Both the position numbers and the translations under genes were made by a program. A stretch of 64,000 bases of DNA from Candidatus Eiseniibacteriota bacterium. GTDB taxonomy: Bacteria > Eisenbacteria > RBG-16-71-46. The stretch covers positions 32,001 through 96,000 of the forward strand of contig JBBRLX010000006.1 of the NCBI GenBank assembly GCA_038231135.1. The letters run 5' to 3'. The notes below the pieces were generated by a model. It searched no databases, was not told where the DNA came from, and worked only from the letters and a program-made list of their open reading frames with translations. Positions 1-9,086 of the stretch are shown here, piece after piece. Numbering within the stretch: the stretch's first letter is position 1; each line of letters begins with the position of its first letter.

Positions 1-382
1 CGCGCCGCGCGAGCGGCTGCTCGCGCTGCTCGCGGCGCTCGAGCGGGCCGAGCGGCCGCGCGCGGGGGTGGGCGTGGGGATTCCGCCCGGGACCGGCAAG
101 CTGTGGATCCGTCACGTCGAAGGGGCGTTCGAGGTCCACGTGTTCGCGGTGAGCGCCGCGGACGGCGCCCAGCTCGAGCGCATGATCGCGCTGCTCAAGC
201 GCAGCGCCGCGGTGCGCGCGGTCGCGTCGGGCGCGCCCCGCGTGGCCGCATTCCGGGCGGTGCTCGGCGCCGGGATGCTGAACGGGATCGTGGTCCAGAT
301 GCTCGAGGACGAGCGCACCCCGTCGGCGACGCGCGACGTTCAGCTATGGTGGAGCGTGACGCTCGGGGACGCACCCGGCTAG
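1..382 (+). CDS. hypothetical protein, 5'-truncated by the window edge
   Basis: Frame is open from the window start to TAG at 380-382, with GC3-rich codons; no recognisable motif. Confidence 0.5.
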   Translation, partial: APRERLLALLAALERAERPRAGVGVGIPPGTGKLWIRHVEGAFEVHVFAVSAADGAQLERMIALLKRSAAVRAVASGAPRVAAFRAVLGAGMLNGIVVQMLEDERTPSATRDVQLWWSVTLGDAPG

Positions 383-1197
383 GCCAGTCCCCACTCCTCC
401 AGGTCGTCCTCGTCGAGCCCCAGCAGATGGCCGACCTCGTGCTGCACGGTCACGCGCACCTCCTTCTGCAGCTCCTCGCGCGAATGACACACGCGCAGCA
501 GGTTGCGCCGGAACAGGTAGATCGCGCCGGGACCGCTCGCCACGTCCTGGGTGGTGCGGCTCATCAGGTCGCGCCCCACGAACAATCCGAGGATGTCGGG
601 CGGCAGCGGCGGATTCTCGGAGGTCAGTACGTCGAGCAGCGGCAGCGGCTGCACCAGCACCGGGAATTCGTCGAGGTGCTTGCGGACCTGCGGCGGCAAC
701 TCGGCCAGGCTGTCCTCCACGAGCTGGTCGAACTCCGCGTCGGTGTACTCCAGCGCCGGCGGGAAGTTCTCGGGGTCGAGGTCGTGGGCCTCCTCCGCGT
801 GTTCCGCCGCGCCGCCCGCGTCGCCGAGGTGCTCGAGCGTGCGCGACAGCAGATCGTGCGCGTCGGCGAACTCGGGGCGCACGGCGAGCGACCGCTCCGC
901 GTCGTCCCGCGCGGACTCGAGCTTGCACAGGTCGAACTCGGCGCTGGCGCGCAGGTGGAAGAACAGCGCGGGATCCGCAGACATCTCGGCGCCATCGAGC
1001 GCCGCGAGCGCCAGCGTGGGCTCGCCCTCCTCGAGCGCGATCGCCGCATCCACGATGCGCACGTCGGCGTGCCGCGCCCGCGCCCGGAACCGCATCTTGA
1101 GCTCGCGCCGGGCGGCCTCGGCGTCGCCGTTCTCGAGCAGGTCCCAGATCTTGCTCAGCTCGTCCCAGTCCGTCTCGGACAGTGTCTCGAAGTGCAC
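379..1197 (-). CDS. TPR-repeat plus Zincin_1-type metallopeptidase family protein
   Basis: N-terminal TPR-like helices; C-terminal ILGLF..., IYLFRRNL and HEVGHLLG (HExxH). Confidence 0.85.
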   Translation of the reverse strand: MHFETLSETDWDELSKIWDLLENGDAEAARRELKMRFRARARHADVRIVDAAIALEEGEPTLALAALDGAEMSADPALFFHLRASAEFDLCKLESARDDAERSLAVRPEFADAHDLLSRTLEHLGDAGGAAEHAEEAHDLDPENFPPALEYTDAEFDQLVEDSLAELPPQVRKHLDEFPVLVQPLPLLDVLTSENPPLPPDILGLFVGRDLMSRTTQDVASGPGAIYLFRRNLLRVCHSREELQKEVRVTVQHEVGHLLGLDEDDLEEWGLA

Positions 1198-1430
1198 GCG
1201 CGCTCCCGAATTCCGTTTCGCGGCCGACCTGTGGCGCCTGGCAACCGCGCCGGACCACTGGTCGCGAGACTACGCTCGGGGGTTGGGCGGCGGCAATCGC
1301 GGGCCCGGACGGCGCCCGGCGCGCCGACGCCGCGCGTGGGCGCCCGATCCGAAACTACCGGGTCGAAGCTGCCGACGGTCCGGGTGGCTGTCAGCGATTC
1401 CGCAACTTGCGCAGCGCCCCAACCCGGGCC

Positions 1431-1445
1431 GGGGACGGCTCTTGC
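1431..1445 (+). promoter_or_regulatory. possible sigma-54 (-24/-12) promoter
   Basis: GGGGACGGCTCTTGC compared with consensus TGGCACG-N4-TTGC; GG-N10-GC spacing is correct, about 70 nt upstream of ATG 1515. Confidence 0.3.
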
Positions 1446-1514
1446 GCTTCGATCGGCGTCCCCGTAGACTCCCCGCAGGCTGGTCTGCAGAGTCCCAACG
1501 TCACCGGAGATTCC

Positions 1515-2939
1515 ATGAAGTCTCTTACCACCCGAATTCTTGCTGCTGCCGTGGTCGCCGTCGTGAGCTGGCTCGTGCTCGCCTCCGCCGCCGCGCCCCA
1601 CTCGCTACAGCCGAACAAACTGGTCATCCTCTCGACAACGGACGTCAAGGGCAAGACCAGCCCCTGTGGCTGACACACGCCCAAGGGGGGTCTGGCCCGG
1701 CGGGCCAGTTTCGCAGACAGCGTAAAGCTCCAGTACAGCAACGTGCTGCTGGTCGATGCCGGAGGGTTCTTCCCCGAAGGCGCCACCGAGTACGACGTGG
1801 CGTGGTTCATGATGGACGCCATGAAGCTGCTCGGCACCGACGGCGTCGGCGTGGGTGAGCGCGACCTCAAGTACGGGCTCGCGTGGCTCAAGGGGCAGCA
1901 GAAGCGCACCGGACTCCCGATCGTGTCGGCGAACCTGCTCGACAAGAAGACCGGCAGGCCGGTGTTCGCGCCGTTCGTGATCAAGCGGGTCGGCACCGCG
2001 AAGGTGGGCATCTTCGGGCTGATCAGTGACAAGGTCGACCTCGGGCCGGCGCGGGATTCGCTCACCGCCCAGGACCCGATGGTGGCGGCGAAGAAGGCGA
2101 TCGCCGACATGCACAAGGCCGGGGCGACGGTGATCGTGCTGCTGTCCCAGCTGGGCAAGGTCGAGAGCGAGGACCTCGTCACTGCGGTGGACGGCGTCGA
2201 CGTTGTGATCGCGGGCCGCAACGTGCCGCTGATCCAGAAGGGCCGGCTGATCAAGAACACGGTCGTGGCGTACGGCGGCGAGCAGGGCCAGTACGTCGGC
2301 CGCACGATCATCACGCTCGGGCCCGGCGGCAAGGCGACGGCCGGGGACGACGACATGTTCATCCTGAGCCCCGAAGTCGGCGAGAAGCCCGAAGTGCTCG
2401 CGCTGGTCAAGAGCTTCGAGGACGCCTACAACGAGAAGCTGCGCAAGGGCCAGATGGATTCCGAGGCGTCGAAGGCGGTGGCGCAGGAGAACAATCCCGA
2501 CCGCTACCTCGGAGCCGAGTTGTGCACGCGCTGCCATTCGTCCGAAGGTGAACAGTGGAAGACCACCGCGCATTCGCTGGCGTGGCAGACGCTGGTGAAC
2601 GTGAAGAAGGACGCGACGCCCGAGTGCATCGGCTGCCATTCGGTCGGCTTCAACAAGTCGGGCGGCTTCACGAGCGCGACGGCGACGCCGCACCTCGAGA
2701 ACGTGCAGTGCGAGAACTGCCACGGCATCGGCACCCAGCACGACTCGTTCGCGGCCACGCCGCACCCGGTGACGGCCGAGGTGTGCCAGACCTGCCACCA
2801 TGGCGATAACGATCCCGACTTCAACTTTGCGAAGTACCTGCCGAAGATCGCGCACAGCAACCTGTCCGGCGAGACGATCAAGAACATGAAGAACAAGATG
2901 TCGCCGGGAATGATGAAGGGGAGCGGCGGCACGAACTGA
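1515..2939 (+). CDS. secreted selenoprotein: UshA/5'-nucleotidase-like domain with CGU motif fused to a tetraheme cytochrome c (c554-like) domain; TGA 1671-1673 read as Sec
   Basis: GGAGA RBS before ATG 1515, signal peptide, then LVILSTTDVKGKTSPCG-TGA-HTPKGGLARRA continuing in frame into ORF 1743..2939; CxxCH at 2523, 2625, 2709 and 2784. Confidence 0.88.
1686..1712 (+). promoter_or_regulatory. bacterial SECIS-like hairpin
   Basis: CTGGCCC-GGC-GGGCCAG (1692-1708) begins 18 nt after the TGA, with a G-starting apical loop. Confidence 0.7.
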
Positions 2940-2998
2940 CCGCCGCACCGGCCCTGCCCTCGCCCCACACCATCGACTCCAGCCGGGAGCCGCAAGCT

Positions 2999-4390
2999 TT
3001 GACGAACGTGCTCGAGGGTGTTCGGTACTTCGAGAACATCCTGCAGACCGTCGGCAACACGCCGCTCGTCCGCCTGCGCAACGTGGCGCGGGACTGCCCA
3101 TGCCCGGTGCTCGCCAAGCTCGAATACTTCAATCCCGGCGGCAGCGTGAAGGACCGGATCGGGCTCGCGATGGTCGAGGCCGCGGAGCGCGACGGCAATC
3201 TCAAGCCCGGCGGGACGATCGTCGAGTGCACGTCGGGCAACACCGGCCTCGGGCTCGCGATGGTGGCGTCGGTGCGGGGCTACCACGCGGTGTTCTGCAT
3301 GCCGGACAAGGTGTCGAGCGAGAAGGTGAACCTGCTCAAGGCGTTCGGCGCCGAGGTGCTGCTGAGTCCCACCGCCGTCGAGCCCGACTCGCCCGAATCC
3401 TACTATTCGGTCGCGCGCCGCATCGCCGCCGAGCGGCCGGGCGCCTACCTCACGAACCAGTACCACAACCCGGCGAACCCGCTGGCGCACTACCTCACCA
3501 CGGGACCCGAGTTGTGGCAGCAGACCGCGGGGCACATCACGCACTTCGTCGCCGGCATGGGCACGGGCGGCACGATCAGCGGCACCAGCCGCTATCTCAA
3601 GGAGCAGAATCCGCAGGTCCAGACCATCGGCGCCGATCCCGTCGGCTCGATCCTCAAGCACTACCACGAGACGAAACAGCTCAGCGAAGCGCACACCTAC
3701 AAGATCGAAGGCGTGGGCGAGGACTTCATCCCGAGCGCGACCGATTTCTCGGTGGTGGACCGCGTGGTGGCGTGCAACGACCGCAACGGGCTCAACATGG
3801 CGCGCACGCTGGCGCGCGAGGAGGCGATCTTCGTCGGCGGCTCGGGCGGCATGGCCACGTGGGTCGCGATCGAGGTGGCGAAGGCGCTGCCGGCCGACAG
3901 CCTGGTCGTGGTGCTGCTGCCCGACACCGGCGAGCGCTACCTGAGCAAGGTGCACAACGACGAGTGGATGCGCGACAACCATCTGCTCGACCCGACCGCC
4001 GCTTCGGCGGGGCAGATCGTCGACACCAAGAAGCGCAAGATCCCGAATCTTCTGTCGGTGCCGTCCGGCGCGTCGCTCAAGCAGGCGCTGGCGCTGGTCG
4101 AACAGCACGAGATCAGCCAGATCCCGGTCGTCGACGGCGACACGGTGATCGGCACGCTCGAGGAGAGCGACATCCTCAAGCTGGCGATGTCCGATCGCGC
4201 CGCGCTCGATCGTCCGGTGAACGCGTGGATGAAGCCGCCGCTGCCGATGGTGAACGCGGACGAGCACGTCGACCAGGTCACGCGGCTGCTGGTGCGGGAG
4301 CCGGCGGTGCTCGTGAAACGCGAAGGCCGTGTGGTCGGCATCCTGACGCGCTACGACATGCTGCAGTTCATCGCCGGAGGCGAGGGATGA
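2999..4390 (+). CDS. cbs: cystathionine beta-synthase (PLP) with C-terminal CBS domains
   Basis: NPGGSVKDR, TSGNTG, GTGGT and YKIEGVGEDF motifs; tandem CBS domains at the C terminus; TTG start. Confidence 0.92.
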   Translation: MTNVLEGVRYFENILQTVGNTPLVRLRNVARDCPCPVLAKLEYFNPGGSVKDRIGLAMVEAAERDGNLKPGGTIVECTSGNTGLGLAMVASVRGYHAVFCMPDKVSSEKVNLLKAFGAEVLLSPTAVEPDSPESYYSVARRIAAERPGAYLTNQYHNPANPLAHYLTTGPELWQQTAGHITHFVAGMGTGGTISGTSRYLKEQNPQVQTIGADPVGSILKHYHETKQLSEAHTYKIEGVGEDFIPSATDFSVVDRVVACNDRNGLNMARTLAREEAIFVGGSGGMATWVAIEVAKALPADSLVVVLLPDTGERYLSKVHNDEWMRDNHLLDPTAASAGQIVDTKKRKIPNLLSVPSGASLKQALALVEQHEISQIPVVDGDTVIGTLEESDILKLAMSDRAALDRPVNAWMKPPLPMVNADEHVDQVTRLLVREPAVLVKREGRVVGILTRYDMLQFIAGGEG

Positions 4391-5559
4391 CCGACGACGC
4401 GCTCACCCCCACGTCGGGCTTTTCCACGCGCGCCGTGCACGCGGGGCAGATGCCCGATCCCACCACGGGCGCCGTGGTGGTGCCGATCTACCAGACGTCA
4501 ACGTATGCCCAGGAGGCGCTGGGCAAGAACACGGGCTTCGAGTACGCGCGCACCCACAACGCGACCCGGTCCGCGCTCGAGGGCAACCTGGCGTCGCTCG
4601 AAGGCGGCCGCCACGGGCTGTGCTTCGCGTCGGGACTCGCCGCCACCACCACCCTGATGCACACGCTGTCGGCGGGCGACCACGTGATCGCCGGCGACAA
4701 TCTCTACGGCGGCACCTACCGGCTGTTCGAGCGCGTGTTCCGCAGGTTCGGCCTCACGTTTACGTACGTGAGCGGCACCGACAGCGCCGAGATCGAGCGC
4801 GCGTTCACGCCCGAGACGAAGCTGGTGTTCGTCGAGACGCCGACGAACCCGATGATGCGGCTCGTCGATCTGGCCGCGGTGAGCGAGGCCGCGCACCGGC
4901 GCCAGGCGCTGGTGGCCGTCGACAACACGTTCATGACCCCGTATTTCCAGCGTCCGCTCGAATTCGGCGCGGACGTGGTGCTGCACTCGGTCACCAAGTA
5001 CCTCAATGGCCACAGCGACATGGTGGGGGGGGCTCTGGTGACGAGCCACGAGGAGCTGGCGACGCAGCTGCGGTTCCTCCAGAACGCGGCGGGGTCGGTG
5101 CCGGGGCCCATGGACTGCTGGCTGGCGCTGCGCGGCACGAAGACGCTGGCGCTCCGCATGGAGCGGCACAACTCGAACGCCATCGCGCTGGCACGCTCGC
5201 TGGCCGCGCACCCGGGCGTCCAGCGCGTGTTCTATCCGGGGCTCGACAGTCACCCCCAGCACGAGCTGGCGAAGCGGCAAGCCAGCGGATTCGGCGGCAT
5301 GATCTCGTTCGTCCCGGGGGACGGATCCCTCGAGACCGGCCGCCGGGTGTTCGACCGGTTCCGGCTGTTCACCCGCGCCGAGAGCCTGGGCGGTGTCGAG
5401 AGCCTGGTGTGCCACCCGGCGTCGATGACGCACGCCTCCGTGCCCCGCGACCACCGGCTCGCCATGGGATTCGCCGACGGGCTGCTGCGGCTGTCCGTGG
5501 GGATCGAGGACCTCGATGATCTGCGCGCGGACCTCGCGCAGGCGCTCCAGGAAGGATAA
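4387..5559 (+). CDS. cystathionine gamma-lyase/gamma-synthase (Cys/Met metabolism PLP enzyme)
   Basis: PIYQTSTY, DNTF, SVTKYLNGHSD, AESLGGVESL and RLSVGIED motifs; ATGA overlap with cbs. Confidence 0.93.
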   Translation: MTDDALTPTSGFSTRAVHAGQMPDPTTGAVVVPIYQTSTYAQEALGKNTGFEYARTHNATRSALEGNLASLEGGRHGLCFASGLAATTTLMHTLSAGDHVIAGDNLYGGTYRLFERVFRRFGLTFTYVSGTDSAEIERAFTPETKLVFVETPTNPMMRLVDLAAVSEAAHRRQALVAVDNTFMTPYFQRPLEFGADVVLHSVTKYLNGHSDMVGGALVTSHEELATQLRFLQNAAGSVPGPMDCWLALRGTKTLALRMERHNSNAIALARSLAAHPGVQRVFYPGLDSHPQHELAKRQASGFGGMISFVPGDGSLETGRRVFDRFRLFTRAESLGGVESLVCHPASMTHASVPRDHRLAMGFADGLLRLSVGIEDLDDLRADLAQALQEG

Positions 5560-5623
5560 ACATTTGTGCCGTGGTGTTTTCCCCGGACCGAACCCCTCGA
5601 AACCTCCGGGAACAGAAACACAG

Positions 5624-5653
5624 TTGACAAATCGGAGCCGTCGCTCATAGCCT
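5624..5653 (+). promoter_or_regulatory. sigma-70-like promoter
   Basis: TTGACA-18 nt-TAGCCT in an AT-richer intergenic stretch. Confidence 0.45.
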
Positions 5654-5846
5654 TTCGCGCGTTTTGGTCGGCTGGATCCCGGCGATGATTCCTTCGTGCA
5701 TCGCGCCTAACGAGCATCGCGCACGACAACTTGCAGCCCATGGGGCCGATGCCACCGCCTTGGGACACCTCAGCAGGGTGTCCTTGATTTTGATCGTGAG
5801 AGAAAAACCAGGGGCCGCTACGGCGGCGATTCCGAGAGGAGGTGAA

Positions 5847-6044
5847 ATGAAAACCATGCGGAAGAATTTCGCGCTCGTGATGGTGGCTCTGCTGTCGCTG
5901 ACCATCGCGTTGGCTGTCGCAGGCTGCGGGAAGAAGGCTGAGGAGACGTCCACCACCTCGACCGAGACGACCACGCCGGCGATGTCGGACACCTCCTCCA
6001 TGATGCACGACAGCACGATGGCCGATACCGGCTCCCACAAGTAG
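5847..6044 (+). CDS. small Ser/Thr-rich lipoprotein (65 aa)
   Basis: Strong RBS AGGAGGT; signal peptide with lipobox VAGC followed by GKK; low-complexity tail. Confidence 0.8.
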   Translation: MKTMRKNFALVMVALLSLTIALAVAGCGKKAEETSTTSTETTTPAMSDTSSMMHDSTMADTGSHK

Positions 6045-6073
6045 ATCGGGCCAGTCGTCGAGGAGAATCATCG

Positions 6074-6113
6074 GGAGGGGAGAATCCATCGGGAGGCTCC
6101 CCTCCTTCATTTT
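6074..6113 (+). terminator. intrinsic terminator
   Basis: GGAGGGGAG...CTCCCCTCC stem followed by TTCATTTT. Confidence 0.55.
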
Positions 6114-6199
6114 GTCCCCGTCCGGGGCCGGTTCGTGCCCCTGTCCCGAAACCCTGGGCCCCTCCCGTCCGTATGTCCTGCACAGAGGAGGAATTCCCG

Positions 6200-7264
6200 G
6201 TGAGGAACATACGGCTGGCGGTGCTGGTTCTGGCGGTTCTCGGGGTGCTCCCCCGCATGGCGGGGGCCGAGACCCGGCAGGAGCAGAGCACCCTCGACAT
6301 CCCGGTGGCCGGCATCCGGTCGCTGCGGGTCGAGAATGGCCGGGGGCTCGTCACCGTGTCCCGCGGCGCCGGATCCCGGATCCACCTCACCGCCCTCAAG
6401 ATCGTGCGCTCCCGGGACGACGCGTGGGCCCGCCGGGTGGCGCGGCAGACCCAGGTCGAAACGGACATGAGGGGCGGCGAGTATGAGATTCGGGTCGTGT
6501 ATCCTCAGCGCCAGGCGATCCGGGTGCGGTTCTGGGACCTGTTCTCGGACTTCGAATTCCCCAACATCGAGGTGCGGCTGGCGATCGAAGTGCCCGACGG
6601 GCTGCCGCTGACGCTCGAATCCACGAGCGGTGACCTGATCTCCTCGGGGGTGCGCGCGACCCAGGTGCTGGAATCGACGAGCGGCGACGTCACGGTGACC
6701 GGTGCGGCCACCGTGAACGCGTCCAGCACCAGCGGCGACGTGCACATCTCGGATGCCGGCCCGTCACGCGTCCGCACCGTGAGCGGCGACCTCGTGGCCC
6801 AGCGCATGCGCGGCCCGCTGGCGGCAAGCACCACGAGCGGCGACGTGCGGGTGAGCGAGAGCGCGGACTCGCTCGTCCTCGCCACGGTGAGCGGGGACAT
6901 CACGGTGGACGCGGCGCCCCGCGGGCTCGAGCTGTCCACGACCAGCGGCACCGTGGACGTGCGACGCGCGTCGGGCATCGTCCGCGTGCAGAGCACCAGC
7001 GGAGACGCGGCGCTGGGATTCGTCGCGCCGGTCCGTCGCACGCAGATCGTCACCGGCAACGGCGACGTGCGCCTCCGGTTCGCCCCGGCGCTCGCGTACT
7101 CGCTCGATCTCGCCACATCGAGCGGCGAGATCCAGGTCGAGGTTCCGCTCGACGTCGAGAACGTCACGCGCCACAGACTCACGGGAGTCGTGCGGCACGG
7201 CGCCACGCCGATCGTCGTGCACACGGTATCGGGAGACATCAGCATCGCGGAGGGGGCACGATGA
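6200..7264 (+). CDS. DUF4097-type beta-strand-repeat secreted protein
   Basis: Signal peptide; many (S/T)xSGD(V/I/L) repeats; GAGGAGG RBS before GTG 6200. Confidence 0.85.
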   Translation: MRNIRLAVLVLAVLGVLPRMAGAETRQEQSTLDIPVAGIRSLRVENGRGLVTVSRGAGSRIHLTALKIVRSRDDAWARRVARQTQVETDMRGGEYEIRVVYPQRQAIRVRFWDLFSDFEFPNIEVRLAIEVPDGLPLTLESTSGDLISSGVRATQVLESTSGDVTVTGAATVNASSTSGDVHISDAGPSRVRTVSGDLVAQRMRGPLAASTTSGDVRVSESADSLVLATVSGDITVDAAPRGLELSTTSGTVDVRRASGIVRVQSTSGDAALGFVAPVRRTQIVTGNGDVRLRFAPALAYSLDLATSSGEIQVEVPLDVENVTRHRLTGVVRHGATPIVVHTVSGDISIAEGAR

Positions 7265-9009
7265 ACAGGAAGCCACGGCTATGGGAGGCGCTGCTCGCGG
7301 CGGCGCTGGTGGGAGTGGTGGTGTGGGGAGTCGCGGGTTCGTTCGTGGTGCCCCTGGGCCGCGCGGCGTGCGGTGGCCCCGCGTGGGTCGTGAACGGTCT
7401 CCCGCTGCGCCGGGAAGCGCGCGTGCTGTCGCAGGTGCGGCGGCAGGCACTGTGGGCGCTCGGCCACTGGAGCGCGCCGCCGGCGTCCGCGGACGTGCTG
7501 CCGTTCAAGCCGGTGCCGCCCGAGAGCGTGTCGCAGTTCGAGCGGCGCACGCGGACGCGGATGCACGGACATCGGGCGCCGGCCACTCCGCCCGCGCCCG
7601 ACGCCGTCGCCGCGCCCGACGCGCCCGATGCTCCCGACGAGCCGGACACGCCCGACTCGATCACGACGCCGCTGCCGCCGTCGCCGCCCGGCAAGTCCGG
7701 CAACATCACCCGGCTGGGCTCCGACATCTACATCGCGCCCGACCAGGTCGTGGTGGGCGACGTGGTCGCGGTCGGCGGCGACGTCACGGTCGCAGGGCAC
7801 GTCGAGGGTGACGTGGCCTCGATGGGCGGCGACGTGTCGCTCAAGGCCACCGCGCGCGTGGACGGCGACGTGGTATCGATGGGCGGCCGGCTGCTCGAGG
7901 AACCGGGTGCGTCCGTGGGCGGCCAGCGCGTGAGCGGGCTCGGCTCGCACCGCACGCGGATCCGGCAGGTGACGAGCCACATGGTGGAGCGTGGCACGGG
8001 CAGGTTCGTGGCCTCGCTGATCTGGCTGCTGATACTGCTCGGGCTCGCGTGGGGGTTCACCCGGCTGGGCCCGGGACGCACCCGCGACGCCGCCGACACC
8101 CTGCGGCGTGAGCCCGCGGTATCGCTCGGCGTGGGCGCCCTGATCTTCGCGCTGATCGTGCCGTCGGTGGTGGCGCTGGCGCTGGTGGTCGCGATCCTGT
8201 GCATCACGATCATCGGGATTCCGTTCGGCCTCGCGGCGCTGCTGGCGTACGCCATGTTCCTGTGCCTGTTATGGGGCTGGGGATTCGTGATCGCCGCGGT
8301 GGTCATCGGCCAGACCATACTGGGCCGCACCGGCGCTCATCCTCATCTGTCGGGCTACGGCGCGGTGCCGCCGGGCGGTACCGGAGCCCCCGCGCCGTAC
8401 GCGCCGGCACCGGGCTATGCTCCGGCACCCGGGTACGCCGCCACGCCAGGCTACGCTCCCGCGCCCGGTGCTCCCGGTGTCCCCGGCATGGCACCGTGGA
8501 TCCCCGCGCCGCCGTCGCTCACGCGATGCGCGGTGGTGGGTATCCTGTTCCTTGGCGCGTCCAACCTGCTGGGCCGCATGTTCCAGGCGATCGGGCCGCT
8601 GCACGCCCTGGGGACGCTGATCCACGTGCTGGCGTCCATCGCCGGCCTGGTGGCGATCACGTTCGGCTCGGGGGCGTGGCTGCGCACCGAGATTCGCGCC
8701 GGCACGGTGGCGCGCTGGTGGCGCGGCAGCCAGTGGGGCCGCGGCTCGTCCGGCCCGGTGCCGCCGGTGGGCGGCGTCCCGCCCGGAGCCGCACCCGCGT
8801 CCGCGGCGGGCGCCGCCTATGGGGCGAATCCCTACGCCAGCTCGGCGTCGACTCCGGCTGCGGCTCCCTATGCGGCTCCCGGACCGCCGCCGTCCGGCGG
8901 CTCGGGATGGGAAACCCCATCCGCGCCTCCGCCACCGCCGCCGTCGGCCTACATGCCGCCGCGGCCGCCCGAGCCACCGGAGCCGCCGCCCTCGGCCCCG
9001 GTCGCCTGA
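7261..9009 (+). CDS. membrane protein with a bactofilin-like (polymer-forming) beta-helix, several TM helices and Pro-rich regions
   Basis: VxGDVVxxGGDV repeats; hydrophobic segments; Pro-rich C terminus. Confidence 0.75.
   Translation: MNRKPRLWEALLAAALVGVVVWGVAGSFVVPLGRAACGGPAWVVNGLPLRREARVLSQVRRQALWALGHWSAPPASADVLPFKPVPPESVSQFERRTRTRMHGHRAPATPPAPDAVAAPDAPDAPDEPDTPDSITTPLPPSPPGKSGNITRLGSDIYIAPDQVVVGDVVAVGGDVTVAGHVEGDVASMGGDVSLKATARVDGDVVSMGGRLLEEPGASVGGQRVSGLGSHRTRIRQVTSHMVERGTGRFVASLIWLLILLGLAWGFTRLGPGRTRDAADTLRREPAVSLGVGALIFALIVPSVVALALVVAILCITIIGIPFGLAALLAYAMFLCLLWGWGFVIAAVVIGQTILGRTGAHPHLSGYGAVPPGGTGAPAPYAPAPGYAPAPGYAATPGYAPAPGAPGVPGMAPWIPAPPSLTRCAVVGILFLGASNLLGRMFQAIGPLHALGTLIHVLASIAGLVAITFGSGAWLRTEIRAGTVARWWRGSQWGRGSSGPVPPVGGVPPGAAPASAAGAAYGANPYASSASTPAAAPYAAPGPPPSGGSGWETPSAPPPPPPSAYMPPRPPEPPEPPPSAPVA
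8398..8469 (+). repeat. four degenerate 18-bp coding tandem repeats (YAPAPG)
   Basis: YAPAPG-YAPAPG-YAATPG-YAPAPG. Confidence 0.85.
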
Positions 9010-9033
9010 GACGGCGCACCCGAATTCGTACCC

Positions 9034-9071
9034 GCGCCCGGGATCCCCTAGGATCCCGGGCGCTTCGACTT
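9034..9071 (+). terminator. intrinsic terminator-like hairpin
   Basis: 13-bp perfect stem GCGCCCGGGATCC-CCTA-GGATCCCGGGCGC followed by TTCGACTT. Confidence 0.7.
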
Positions 9072-9086
9072 GCCGGGAGGTGATCG

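Noticed and set aside
1182..1673. Track ORFs 1182..1673 and 1743..2939 as two genes or a nonsense pseudogene
   Set aside because: Same frame, a single TGA in a CxU context, a downstream hairpin and intact hemes all favour Sec readthrough. Neighbouring genes use TGA as stop and TGG for Trp, so a global code change is excluded.
6620..7240. Repeated ACxAGCGGCGAC units
   Set aside because: Coding repeats (TSGD) of the DUF4097 beta-solenoid.
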